From the IMG/VR virus record IMGVR_UViG_3300046001_004161, positions 1 to 57,304 of that record: 57,304 nt of DNA, one strand, 5' to 3'. A program made the translations under genes and the position numbers. Positions within the stretch are counted from its first letter, which is position 1. Each line of letters starts with the position of its first letter. This DNA comes from a virus. Its lineage: Duplodnaviria > Caudoviricetes. The notes below the pieces were generated by a model. That model ran no database searches, was not told the origin of the DNA, and worked only from the letters and a program-made list of their open reading frames with translations. Of the stretch, positions 1 through 9,388 are shown piece after piece.

Positions 1-1
1 G

Positions 2-256
2 GACTTTAGTGTCCTCAAATCAACAGACGAGAAGAAGATATTCTTAGAACTGGCTGAATCTTGGTGGTGGGAAAGCAACAGGATCATACCTATCAACGTG
101 TTCCTAAAACAAGAATGGGTTATGTTCAGACCAACGCTTAAAACGTTTAACTCAAAAGACGTTGAGATTAAGTGCGGACCTTGCGTTAGCTTAAAAGAGA
201 TGGCACTCAGTAGATCTAAGCGCAGATCGATTACGTTAGTTCGCAGGATACTTTAA
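2..256 (+). CDS. 5'-truncated phage hypothetical protein (...LELAESWWWESNRIIPINVFL...RRIL*)
   Basis: Open frame 2 from the window edge to TAA at 254-256, read manually. Confidence 0.7.
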   Translation, partial: DFSVLKSTDEKKIFLELAESWWWESNRIIPINVFLKQEWVMFRPTLKTFNSKDVEIKCGPCVSLKEMALSRSKRRSITLVRRIL

Positions 257-484
257 CAGCAGCATAGTAAGAGTCTGGTCGTCGCATTCTACGTATTCAA
301 TAACGTTAGTAGGCCCGGTTGAAACTACGTCTATGCTCCATTCGTCACGCAGCCATTGGTAAAACTTGTCGTCATACAAATACATGCCCGCCTCTTTCTT
401 TAATTCTCGCAGAATGTGCGACCAAGAGACAGGGACATACCAGCCGCGCGCACCGGGTATCGGGTTAGTCAGGTAGTGTCTCAT
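236..484 (-). CDS. hypothetical protein
   Basis: ORF track; overlaps the end of the upstream - strand gene. Confidence 0.55.
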   Translation of the reverse strand: MRHYLTNPIPGARGWYVPVSWSHILRELKKEAGMYLYDDKFYQWLRDEWSIDVVSTGPTNVIEYVECDDQTLTMLLLKYPAN

Positions 485-1052
485 TGAGAAGATTCATGTT
501 TACTACAACTAAGTGTGAATAGGCACAGGCGTGCGCTTGTTTAAATGCGTAACTTCCATCAGTTGGTTTCTCCCAAATCGTCTTAGCTACCTCTGACCAA
601 GATTTTCCTATTAGGTGCTTCTTGCTGGGACGAATCATCGCAATGAACATCATTAAGCGAGGAATGCTATCAATGACATCAGGTAAGCTAGAAATAACAT
701 CGAAGTAATTACCGATGTGTATTAACTTCTCGCAGAACTCTTGCTCGTATAACTTCTCCCACGGCGGTTCAGTTGTCATTAAATGAACGAGATGCTCTTC
801 CGACTTTACTTGCTCATATACAGATACGTTGAGCACATCGACTTTAAAGTATCCGCGTTCTTCAGCTTCCTTATAGTCCAAGGTTGATCGCAGATTATGA
901 TCGTGCGGGATTTCTGTAAAGTACACGCCAGATGCGTGATTAGTTAGCTTTCCATCGTTTCGCAGTATGCTTGCGGAATAGTGTTTGAAAGGTGCTAACG
1001 CTATCTCGCGAGATGCTACGTCAATGTCGATGTCACTGTTAAACTTTGTCAT
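465..1052 (-). CDS. stand-alone DNA polymerase III alpha (DnaE)-like palm fragment
   Basis: SDIDID, HASGVY, GYFKVDVL and FKQAHACAY resemble DnaE motifs; only 195 aa. Confidence 0.75.
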   Translation of the reverse strand: MTKFNSDIDIDVASREIALAPFKHYSASILRNDGKLTNHASGVYFTEIPHDHNLRSTLDYKEAEERGYFKVDVLNVSVYEQVKSEEHLVHLMTTEPPWEKLYEQEFCEKLIHIGNYFDVISSLPDVIDSIPRLMMFIAMIRPSKKHLIGKSWSEVAKTIWEKPTDGSYAFKQAHACAYSHLVVVNMNLLNETLPD

Positions 1053-1102
1053 TATTTATGATAACATAGCTGATGAAGAATATCAAAATTTCTGGCAGAA
1101 TA

Positions 1103-1175
1103 GATAAATAGTAGTGCGGGTCGCGATACTGATAATATCCACCCACTCTAATCGCTTATAGGAGCAACCAGCATG
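1103..1175 (+). promoter_or_regulatory. late-type promoter (GATAAATA) plus conserved structured 62-nt leader, copy 1
   Basis: Same length and near-identical to 5113-5185; nested hairpins; SD GGAG within a stem. Confidence 0.75.
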
Positions 1176-1874
1176 TCTATTTATAGTATCTACAGAATAA
1201 CTAATCTTTTAACGAATAAAGTATATATCGGGTTTACTTCCGATCCAGAGCAACGATGGGCAAAACATTGTTCGTGCAGTAAAAGGAAATCTTCTAAACT
1301 ATTATACAACTCTATTCGCAAACACGGATTAGAAAATTTTACATTTGACATTATATACCAGTCTCGAGATTTAACGCATACTAAAAATATTATGGAGAAT
1401 TATTTTATCAACGAATATAATTCTTATGTTGGACATAAAAATTCCAATGGTTATAATATGACCTTAGGCGGAGACGGAGGAGACACCTCGTCTAGCCCAA
1501 AATATAAATCAGGAATAATAAGAAGAGGCAATAGTGACTGGAGGTTAAAGTGTAGCATAAGTAAGCTCGGTAGAAATTTAAGGCCACAAACAAAAGAACA
1601 TATACAAAACCGAGTTCTTTCTCGGTCCGGAAAACCTAACATAAAAAGACTAACTAAAGAGCAATGCGTAAACATGGCGCGGGATGGAGACACAAATGGA
1701 CATGCTAAACAATGGTGCTTTATGTCTCCATTTAATGAGAAATTTATCATCCAAGGACAATTTCAGCAATTCTGTAAAGAGCACGACTTAGAATATTCCG
1801 GAATGAAGAAAATAGCAAAAGGCGGCCAAGCTAAGAAAGGCAAAAACTTAGGATGGTCTGTATTTGAATTATAA
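1173..1874 (+). CDS. GIY-YIG homing endonuclease
   Basis: SIYRITN...VYIGFT...RW..H, GYNMTLGGDG; antisense to its neighbours. Confidence 0.9.
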   Translation: MSIYSIYRITNLLTNKVYIGFTSDPEQRWAKHCSCSKRKSSKLLYNSIRKHGLENFTFDIIYQSRDLTHTKNIMENYFINEYNSYVGHKNSNGYNMTLGGDGGDTSSSPKYKSGIIRRGNSDWRLKCSISKLGRNLRPQTKEHIQNRVLSRSGKPNIKRLTKEQCVNMARDGDTNGHAKQWCFMSPFNEKFIIQGQFQQFCKEHDLEYSGMKKIAKGGQAKKGKNLGWSVFEL

Positions 1875-2540
1875 ATTTGCCTCTAAACACACCTCCTTTA
1901 TATACTCGGCGTCTGCTACATAATCAGTAAATTTCTTCCCCCAGTAAACAGGATCTATAAAACGATAGGTTAAACTTACTTGTTCTTCATTTAACGCTTC
2001 AATAAAAGCCACGCCCGAAGAACTAAGGTAGATGATCCAAGGGCTAATGCGACCATTTACTACCATGTTACACACTTTGTTTGCTGCGCCTTCGCGGAAG
2101 ATGTTGTTAAAGCTCTTACCGTTCTCATCTGCCCAGCGTTGCATTTCCATAAACGATCGCTCTAACGCAACCGTAGGATGCTCTTTCCGTAGCTGTTCAT
2201 AAAGGTACTCGTCGTAGAAAGCCTCTTTTGTCCATTGGTCGAGCTTCTTGTTGTTCTTTAGCAAAGAGTTCGTAAAGCCAACTGGATCAATTGCTCGTAT
2301 CTGAACAAGGTATTGCCCATACTTTACAAACGCTGAATAATACGGCGATTCAACAAAATCACCATACGTCTTTGTCTTGCTGCTACCTTGTGTCATTGTG
2401 TAGAATTGTAGGTACGAGTTAAAGCCGAGTCGAACACCGGCTTCGTTCTCTTGCTGCCAGCGGCGACGAGGTTCACAGAGGTGGGCAGAAAGTGTACTTT
2501 CTTTTCGGAACTCTTTCTGACAATATTTACAGGTTGCCAC
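1869..2540 (-). CDS. hypothetical protein with N-terminal zinc finger
   Basis: CKYCQKEF...HLC. Confidence 0.75.
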   Translation of the reverse strand: MATCKYCQKEFRKESTLSAHLCEPRRRWQQENEAGVRLGFNSYLQFYTMTQGSSKTKTYGDFVESPYYSAFVKYGQYLVQIRAIDPVGFTNSLLKNNKKLDQWTKEAFYDEYLYEQLRKEHPTVALERSFMEMQRWADENGKSFNNIFREGAANKVCNMVVNGRISPWIIYLSSSGVAFIEALNEEQVSLTYRFIDPVYWGKKFTDYVADAEYIKEVCLEANL

Positions 2541-2547
2541 TTAGTTT

Positions 2548-3021
2548 TTAACCCAACTCTTTTTTAATCTGTTCCTTCGTCCATCCAAGTTCTTCAGCTA
2601 ACTTCTTTACATCTTTTGCGTCGTTTAACGAAGCCAACAGGTCTACATCGCTTTCCTTCATGTCAGGATATAAGGTAGCTAAAAATTTTTCAACTTTGGC
2701 TGTTGTTCCGCCTTCTTTCTTCTTCATACCAAGCCACGGATGATACTGCTTACCCATCCCCGGTGATATCGTAGTTGCTGCTAACCAGTTCAGTTTGTCG
2801 TGCTTAGTTTTATTGATGTCAAAGTAGTGTTTGTTTAGCCGCAAGTTAGTAGACTGTAGGTAATACTCTTGTAAGTCTGCGGAGCCTTGAACCGATGCTC
2901 CCCAGCGTATCATCAAGTATGAACTAAACTTTTTCTTTTCTTCGTCAGACAGATTATCGTAGAACTCACGATCCTTTCTGTCCAAAGCTAACATTTCATT
3001 GGCGATATCAAGCTTACTCAT
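2548..3021 (-). CDS. probable clamp-loader small subunit (T4 gp62-like)
   Basis: Start reassigned to MSKLDI; size, FSSYLMIRW...YHPWL and replication context resemble gp62-like proteins (recalled, not searched). Confidence 0.5.
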   Translation of the reverse strand: MSKLDIANEMLALDRKDREFYDNLSDEEKKKFSSYLMIRWGASVQGSADLQEYYLQSTNLRLNKHYFDINKTKHDKLNWLAATTISPGMGKQYHPWLGMKKKEGGTTAKVEKFLATLYPDMKESDVDLLASLNDAKDVKKLAEELGWTKEQIKKELG

Positions 3022-3108
3022 CACTCGTCCTTCATTACCGTCGGCTTCTAAGAAAGGTAAAAAATACACATAGATCCAGTAACTGGTCGTCGTTATATGG
3101 CATAATGT

Positions 3109-3612
3109 CTACCAGCACTTCCCGTAATCTACAATCTCACTTTGTCGGCTAATGTCTTTAACAAAGTACGCACAAAGAGGTTTACTCCCATGTTCAGTTA
3201 ACGGTACTGCTAACATTTGTCCTGGCTTCAGCTTTGGGAAATACCATTTAACATCTTGGTAGATGTCGATTACTTCAACTGGATAAAACACAGGGCTAAA
3301 TCCTGTAAGTGGATTAAAACAAAACACCTTAAATCCCCTGTCATTCACACTCGTCAGCGGCACAACCTCAAGGTCACCTAAGTCCGGCTCTCCGATTAGA
3401 ATCTGCCAGTCAATAGGCATGCGGATTACTTCGTCGCCTATACGCAATACAAGAGCAGGACTGTTAAAGCTCTCAAGGAAAATAAGCGGAATGTAAAAGT
3501 AGTCTGGCTCTTTCGGATTGCTGTTGTCAAGTACGCAGAAGCGTAAGTCATCTACCTCATCTGGTATCTCGTTCATTTCGTGCGCTTTGTTGTCAAGCGT
3601 AAGTATTCTCAT
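3109..3612 (-). CDS. hypothetical protein
   Basis: ORF coupled (ATGA overlap) to the helicase. Confidence 0.75.
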   Translation of the reverse strand: MRILTLDNKAHEMNEIPDEVDDLRFCVLDNSNPKEPDYFYIPLIFLESFNSPALVLRIGDEVIRMPIDWQILIGEPDLGDLEVVPLTSVNDRGFKVFCFNPLTGFSPVFYPVEVIDIYQDVKWYFPKLKPGQMLAVPLTEHGSKPLCAYFVKDISRQSEIVDYGKCW

Positions 3613-5087
3613 TTGGTTCCTTTAGTGACTGGTTCCCATTCTACCTTTTCGATTGTGTAAGGATAGTTGGCTTCTGTATAAAACTGTTTGCGTTTTGTTA
3701 AATGTCTCTTGGCAAATTTACAAGTCGAAGTGACGTCGTATATATCAACGAAGTCTTTGTCTTCTGCTTTACGAATACCCCGACCAATGCTTTGGATAAC
3801 CCGTACGAAAGACTTACCAGGCTCAATAAGCACAAGGTTAAAAATGCGAGGCACGTTGATGCCAACAGCAGCGATACCATACGTACATACAGTGACGCCG
3901 TTGTCATTAGTTGCGATACTGTCATACTGGTCCTTTCGTTTATCTGACTTAGTTGCCCCACTTAGGAAGACCGCTCCAGGAATACAGTTGACCAAGGCTT
4001 TACCTGGATCAACTCGGTCAATGAGGACTAAGGTGTTTCCTGTTGTGCTAATTTGCTGAATCAGCTTTGCCATGTAATAAAGGCGACCTTCTGTTTCCAA
4101 CAGATACTTTAGCTCGTCCGGATACTTCTTAAACTCTGCGTAATCGATCATCTGTACAATATTGACATGACAGTTCGACAAGATACCTTTGTCCTGTAGC
4201 TCGCTTGCTCTAACTGTTCCTACTACTTCACCCACTGATACTCTCAGCGAATACTTCTCAAAGTCTTCTTTCGGGATAGTTCCAGTAATACCTAAACGAA
4301 TAGGAATGCGAGACATAGGACCTGTCATCATACCGAGCAAAGCATCAGCTTTAAGCCCGTGGCACTCGTCAATCATTACGCATACAACACCGTCAATGAA
4401 TTCGCTGAATGGTACCTGTGCTTCTCCTGATTTAGTTTTCTTAAACATAGAGTTCAAGCTTTGCCAAGTACAAATAGTGTGCGTCTTATCGTATTCTTTT
4501 CGTGTGCCAAAGAATACACCAACATCTAACCCCATGTTTATGTAATCGGCTTCGGTCTGAAGAACTAAGTCTTTACTCGGAACGACTACAACTGTGCGAC
4601 CATAAGGCTCGAACTTGTGGCTAAGAACTGCTGTTAGGATCGTTTTACCGAAGCCAGTTGCCAGGCACTGAATGCTTTGCGTATTGTTTAGGAAGATGTT
4701 TATTGCTTCGACTTGGTCGTCGCGCAGCTCAATTGGTTGTCCGGCGAACCGGTGTCCTTCTGGCCATTTAATATGCGAGTAACTATCTTCTGCTACTTCG
4801 ACGAACTCAAACTGTGAACCGTAATCTCGCAAATCCTCAAGTTCGATGTTGTAACCTTCGCTATCAAGGATCGGCAAGATTTCCGGCAAGAGATTGATGT
4901 AGGTTTGCAGTGAAAGAGAACAAAAAGATTTTTTCCCGTCCCAGCGGCCCAATTTTACAGCTGGCGTATATCTAGCTCCGGGTATCTCAAACTTAAACTT
5001 GTTAGATAACTTTTTTCTAACAGCAAGGTCTACCCCTGTGATCTGACAATTTGTCTCTGACTCAATGATAATCTTACACGTTGCCAT
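3609..5087 (-). CDS. uvsW: SF2 DNA helicase, UvsW-like
   Basis: LATGFGKT, DECH, GITGT, QSIGRGIR motifs; about 490 aa. Confidence 0.85.
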   Translation of the reverse strand: MATCKIIIESETNCQITGVDLAVRKKLSNKFKFEIPGARYTPAVKLGRWDGKKSFCSLSLQTYINLLPEILPILDSEGYNIELEDLRDYGSQFEFVEVAEDSYSHIKWPEGHRFAGQPIELRDDQVEAINIFLNNTQSIQCLATGFGKTILTAVLSHKFEPYGRTVVVVPSKDLVLQTEADYINMGLDVGVFFGTRKEYDKTHTICTWQSLNSMFKKTKSGEAQVPFSEFIDGVVCVMIDECHGLKADALLGMMTGPMSRIPIRLGITGTIPKEDFEKYSLRVSVGEVVGTVRASELQDKGILSNCHVNIVQMIDYAEFKKYPDELKYLLETEGRLYYMAKLIQQISTTGNTLVLIDRVDPGKALVNCIPGAVFLSGATKSDKRKDQYDSIATNDNGVTVCTYGIAAVGINVPRIFNLVLIEPGKSFVRVIQSIGRGIRKAEDKDFVDIYDVTSTCKFAKRHLTKRKQFYTEANYPYTIEKVEWEPVTKGTK

Positions 5088-5112
5088 AATATCCTAAAAG
5101 TAAATGAAACGA

Positions 5113-5185
5113 GATAAATAATAGTGTCGATCGCGATACTGGACATATCCACCGACTCTAACGCTTTCAAGGAGCAATCAGCATG
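5113..5185 (+). promoter_or_regulatory. late-type promoter plus conserved structured leader, copy 2
   Basis: Repeat of 1103-1175 with a compensatory base-pair change. Confidence 0.75.
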
Positions 5186-5881
5186 ATATTTATCACTAAC
5201 AAATACACTATATGGTATAATAGCATCATAGCCAATGCTAAAGCAAGAACTTTGGTAGATGAATATACCGAACGACATCATATTATTCCTAAATCTTTAG
5301 GTGGCGATAATTCAAAAGAGAACTTGGTCAAACTTACTGCTCGTGAACACTTTATTTGCCATTGGCTACTTATTAAAATGATTTCAAATAAGGTCTTACT
5401 ACATAAAATGCAGTTTGCGTTAAATTCGTTTAGACGAACAAGTAAAAATCAACACCGACATATTCTTTCTTCAAGACAATATGAAACAGTTCGGAAACAA
5501 GTCTCGATCGCTCGCAGTCAATCTCAATTAGGAAACACGTTTGCATTAGGATTTAAGCAGTCACCGGAAACTATAGCTAAACGTGTTGCTAAGGTCACCG
5601 GAATGAAAAAGAAGAAGTGGAGTGCCGGACAGTGTAAACGTCTAAGTGACGCCACTAAAGGAAAGCCAAAACCTCTGGGGTTTGCTGAGCAAGTATCTGC
5701 TCGACGCAAAGGAATGCCAAGTCCGTTAAAAGGAAGAAAAGTGGGCCCGTACCCAGAAGAACGAAAACAAAAATTACGCATTCCTAAAAAGAAACTAACA
5801 TGTCCGCATTGTAATAAAGAAGGCGGGTCCAGTAATATGAAAAGATATCACTTTAACAACTGTAAATCACTCATCGTCTAG
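5183..5881 (+). CDS. HNH homing endonuclease
   Basis: ERHHIIPKSLGG...NLVKLTAREHFICHWLL; C-terminal CPHC. Confidence 0.9.
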   Translation: MIFITNKYTIWYNSIIANAKARTLVDEYTERHHIIPKSLGGDNSKENLVKLTAREHFICHWLLIKMISNKVLLHKMQFALNSFRRTSKNQHRHILSSRQYETVRKQVSIARSQSQLGNTFALGFKQSPETIAKRVAKVTGMKKKKWSAGQCKRLSDATKGKPKPLGFAEQVSARRKGMPSPLKGRKVGPYPEERKQKLRIPKKKLTCPHCNKEGGSSNMKRYHFNNCKSLIV

Positions 5882-6998
5882 GAAGTGGAGCACATAGATA
5901 CACTATCTTCTCCGCCTTATTCATAAAGTCCTTCTTTCCTACAGAGTGCATCAAATTCGCATAGCTAACCAGAAGCGGTAATCTACCTTCCCAGTCGGTT
6001 AGCACTTTATTAGTGTATATGACTTTAGCTGAATAGTCAATGGCTGATTCAGGTGTTTTGAGGTTTATGAGGCTAATCTCTGACGGATCAAAAAACTGCT
6101 CGTATAGAGTAGTATCTGGGGTCAGGAAATTCGGATTATAAACTACAATTGGCAACCTGTTCACCGCAATCGCCCATTCAACTACTTTGCCTACTGTGTA
6201 TTTATTCGCATCATTGGCGAAGTCGATTACTTTACCTTGACACAGCTTCAAAAATTCTGGACTCTCGTTTGCTTTGACAATTTCCGAGATCTCGTCACTT
6301 ATCGTGTATCCAAGCGGGCCAGCAGAGTCGATAAGAGCCATTGCGTTATCGAATCCGATGTTGGCCTCAATGTACTCTCGCATTGAGTCTGGTGCGTTTT
6401 CAATATACAGCTTTTTGTCGGCGCTGAATTTTAGCTGTATAGCAAACGGTGTCTTCTCGACTTCGAGAATTGCGTCAAACAACACCTGAACGTCTGGACT
6501 AACAAAAATGCGATTAGCATTAGAGTATCCTACTAACCAGCTAACGTTAAATTCTGTAATGGCAGAACACCAGGCCCGTTCATCTTGAGACCACTGGATA
6601 CTGCCTTGTGCTTCTTGAACAAAGGTCTTTACATCGTTGATCATCTTCTCGTTGAATGGGAATCGAAGCATAAGCTTGTCGTCTTTTCGCGTGAGGCTTG
6701 AGGAACGATCGACTACACGCTGACCAAGCTTATACAGCTTTTGGTCTGGTTGGTCGATGCCTTGCTTCGTTAACTGTCGGGCATAAGTGGCAATGATCTT
6801 TTCTGCCAGCGTCGCCTGTCTGTCAGTAAGACCTTTGCCTTGCTGTATTTGCTCGCTTACACTTGTTAGGAACCCAACGTCGTAGTTAGCGAGAGAAAGG
6901 GGAGACTTCGGCATAAAAGTCCAAGACTTTTTTCCGGCCTTGTCCATGTATCCGGACATGTATTCGAGGTACTCCTCGATGTATTGGAACTTAATCAT
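5871..6998 (-). CDS. hypothetical protein
   Basis: 375-aa ORF in the - strand run. Confidence 0.8.
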   Translation of the reverse strand: MIKFQYIEEYLEYMSGYMDKAGKKSWTFMPKSPLSLANYDVGFLTSVSEQIQQGKGLTDRQATLAEKIIATYARQLTKQGIDQPDQKLYKLGQRVVDRSSSLTRKDDKLMLRFPFNEKMINDVKTFVQEAQGSIQWSQDERAWCSAITEFNVSWLVGYSNANRIFVSPDVQVLFDAILEVEKTPFAIQLKFSADKKLYIENAPDSMREYIEANIGFDNAMALIDSAGPLGYTISDEISEIVKANESPEFLKLCQGKVIDFANDANKYTVGKVVEWAIAVNRLPIVVYNPNFLTPDTTLYEQFFDPSEISLINLKTPESAIDYSAKVIYTNKVLTDWEGRLPLLVSYANLMHSVGKKDFMNKAEKIVYLCAPLPRR

Positions 6999-7275
6999 TT
7001 TTGTGTCCGTATTTGAGTAGGTACATGGTTAGGTTAGGACCATCAAGCAGAACTGATTCGCCGGGATAACGAAGCTTTCCTTGATTTTTAACTTCGTTAC
7101 CTTTCCAGTCAGTCACCCAGGCTGCTTCTTTCAGGTCAACTACTCGTATCTGTTTTTCACCCATGCCCGTAATTCGTCCAATCATGAGGGAGGTTATTCC
7201 TTTTGGTATTGCAACAGGATCTCCAATTTTAAGCGACCTGCCAATTGCGTCTACATGTTCGTATTCTTTAGCCAT
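6991..7275 (-). CDS. hypothetical protein
   Basis: Tightly packed ORF. Confidence 0.7.
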   Translation of the reverse strand: MAKEYEHVDAIGRSLKIGDPVAIPKGITSLMIGRITGMGEKQIRVVDLKEAAWVTDWKGNEVKNQGKLRYPGESVLLDGPNLTMYLLKYGHKND

Positions 7276-7502
7276 TATAGTAAGTCCGCCGGGTCGCCCG
7301 GTTCAGGTTCCATGTATCCAGAAGTTATTTCGCCACCAGCTAAGCCACCAAACCCTTCGACCTCGACGGACCCTTTAACTAGACCAAGCGGTTTTAGCGC
7401 CTTCTCTAGCGCAGCAATAAATTCCTTTTCGCTTATAGGTCGGGTAGCAGTAAAGAGAACCGCACCGTCACAGCGGTGATAGAACGGTTGTTTATTTGTC
7501 AT
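7275..7502 (-). CDS. hypothetical protein
   Basis: Tightly packed ORF. Confidence 0.65.
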   Translation of the reverse strand: MTNKQPFYHRCDGAVLFTATRPISEKEFIAALEKALKPLGLVKGSVEVEGFGGLAGGEITSGYMEPEPGDPADLL

Positions 7503-7689
7503 TTTTATTTTCTTTCTTCTTGTTAGGCGCTTCTTCGCATTTTGCGTATCCGTCTTTAATTCTTGCGTTGACTTTCTTCTCGTCTACCTGACAAGCCGCC
7601 ATGGTTTGGTATTCAAATTTTCGCACAACCTCACAATCGCCTCCCCAGAGGATTCCGACACAAACTACTAGAATGTAAGTTGCGTTCAT
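7492..7689 (-). CDS. small secreted/membrane protein
   Basis: Hydrophobic N-terminus, several Cys. Confidence 0.6.
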   Translation of the reverse strand: MNATYILVVCVGILWGGDCEVVRKFEYQTMAACQVDEKKVNARIKDGYAKCEEAPNKKKENKNDK

Positions 7690-7693
7690 TACC

Positions 7694-7897
7694 TTACCAC
7701 GGGTCCTTTCCTCGTTCTGCCGTTAGCCAACCGAGCTCCCACTGATACTTGCGACTGTAGTCTTTTAGCTCGTGGTCTGGCTCTGGGTTGTCTGCTAACG
7801 GTACGCCTGCTTTGAATGCTTCATACCCCTTGAGCCGACACGCCTTGTCGGAGGCCCGTAGGTAAGCTGCCTCTCCTTCATATGCTTGGCACATCAC
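7694..7897 (-). CDS. hypothetical protein
   Basis: GYEAF..G...NP...W..GW pattern. Confidence 0.6.
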   Translation of the reverse strand: MMCQAYEGEAAYLRASDKACRLKGYEAFKAGVPLADNPEPDHELKDYSRKYQWELGWLTAERGKDPW

Positions 7898-8121
7898 TTA
7901 TCCTCCGATAGTTTGTAGAGTGGTGTGCAAAGATGGTGGGGAGAAGTACCACAGTCACCATCAGGGTGTTGGTATGCAGAAGGCCCACCATCTTTGATAT
8001 GCTCCAGACAGGCTTGCCATCCATCAAAGGCGCATTGCTTGGCACCCTCCGAAGAAATGACCACTTGCATATACTTGCTGGCATTCCACCACCTCTCAAA
8101 CGCTTCACGCATCGCGCTCAC
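7894..8121 (-). CDS. hypothetical protein
   Basis: 4-nt overlaps with both neighbours. Confidence 0.6.
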   Translation of the reverse strand: MSAMREAFERWWNASKYMQVVISSEGAKQCAFDGWQACLEHIKDGGPSAYQHPDGDCGTSPHHLCTPLYKLSEDK

Positions 8122-8615
8122 TTCAACTCCTCTGGTATCTCAACCTCGTCGCCCAGCTTAGATGACACGTAGCAGCGCATGGCGGCGATGAGTGGGGTGG
8201 GGCCGTTGCCTGACACTCCATCAGGAGTTGATGCTCTCCACAAAGGTGAGCCATCCTTTGCACGATACTGGATACCTTCGGAAGAAGGTGCGCGAAGCGT
8301 AATCCCCTCCCGCTCAATGATCGGGCCTCCTTGCGCCCAGTCGGTTGAATAAGGTTCAGGGGCGAGTTCAGTAATGGGGCATTGCTCATGTGTTTCGTAG
8401 TCTGATGCCCATGTGCGAAGTGCGCCGCTTCCGTCTTCAAAATTCATCTTTGGATGATGGCAATACTGGATAGCATCATCCCTACCTTGACGCTCCTCGT
8501 AATACTTGCAGTCGAAACACCGCGACGGTTTTTGTCCGAGAGTGTTCATGCACTTCGCCACCAGATAGTCGATCATGAGCGGTGTTGCTTCACTGCTTTT
8601 GGTTTTCATTTTCAA
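8118..8615 (-). CDS. NinX-family (DUF2591-like) phage protein
   Basis: PYSTDWAQGGPIIERE...GPTPLIAAMRCYVSSKLG. Confidence 0.75.
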   Translation of the reverse strand: MKMKTKSSEATPLMIDYLVAKCMNTLGQKPSRCFDCKYYEERQGRDDAIQYCHHPKMNFEDGSGALRTWASDYETHEQCPITELAPEPYSTDWAQGGPIIEREGITLRAPSSEGIQYRAKDGSPLWRASTPDGVSGNGPTPLIAAMRCYVSSKLGDEVEIPEELK

Positions 8616-8880
8616 TACCCCTCACGTATTCGTTAAGTTGTTCTTGAAGGTTAGCTATGTCGTGACAGGCGGTATCCCAACTGGCTTTTGCTGTCCTCGC
8701 ATCCTCTTCCCATCGTGTCCGCTCCGCTGTCATGGCGGCGAGTTCAAGAAATAATTCCTGATTCTTACCACCAAGAGCGTGTCCAGTAGCTATATGAGCA
8801 TCCTTTTCCGTCATAAGCTCACGGCGCAAGGCTTCGATCTGTGCTTCTTGTCGCAACACAACTTCTTCAGGACTTGGCAT
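8590..8880 (-). CDS. coiled-coil hypothetical protein
   Basis: ORF track. Confidence 0.6.
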   Translation of the reverse strand: MPSPEEVVLRQEAQIEALRRELMTEKDAHIATGHALGGKNQELFLELAAMTAERTRWEEDARTAKASWDTACHDIANLQEQLNEYVRGIENENQKQ

Positions 8881-9388
8881 CGCTTTGCTCCTTCTCGTAG
8901 GCTGCGATCATAGCTTTATATACAAGCCCAATGTCTAGTGACGTGCCGCAATCAATCATTGCTTGAAGCATAATTTTTCCTTCCTCCCATTGCCTTTCAG
9001 TCGGCTCTCTCGGCACCATCACCATGTCAGCAGGGATAGGAGCGGGGTGGAGGTAGAGTTGAGCACCAAGTACCAGCCCATTCTCTCCTAGCGGTTCGTA
9101 ATTGCTAAGATACAAGTCGTCGGTTTGAAGTGTTGTGTAGTCTGATTGCTCCGTCCTTGTATCAACACAAGCCACCGGCTCCTGTTCCTTGCACAGTTCG
9201 TCACGGATGCGGGTGGCGAAGTCGGTTACAGCTACGACCTCATCCATGAAGGTTTCGATCTTTTCATCCAACCACATTATTTCGTTTAGCTTGGACTGCT
9301 TCGCCACTCTCAGCGCCATTGCTTCAAAGGTTTCCTTCTCGTTCAGGTCGTACTGGGTTTGTCCGTGCGGTAGGTCTTTCATTGTCAA
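8867..9388 (-). CDS. hypothetical protein
   Basis: QEPVA...LYLHPAP...VPREPT...YKAMIAA, typical of early phage ORFs. Confidence 0.65.
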   Translation of the reverse strand: MTMKDLPHGQTQYDLNEKETFEAMALRVAKQSKLNEIMWLDEKIETFMDEVVAVTDFATRIRDELCKEQEPVACVDTRTEQSDYTTLQTDDLYLSNYEPLGENGLVLGAQLYLHPAPIPADMVMVPREPTERQWEEGKIMLQAMIDCGTSLDIGLVYKAMIAAYEKEQSDAKS

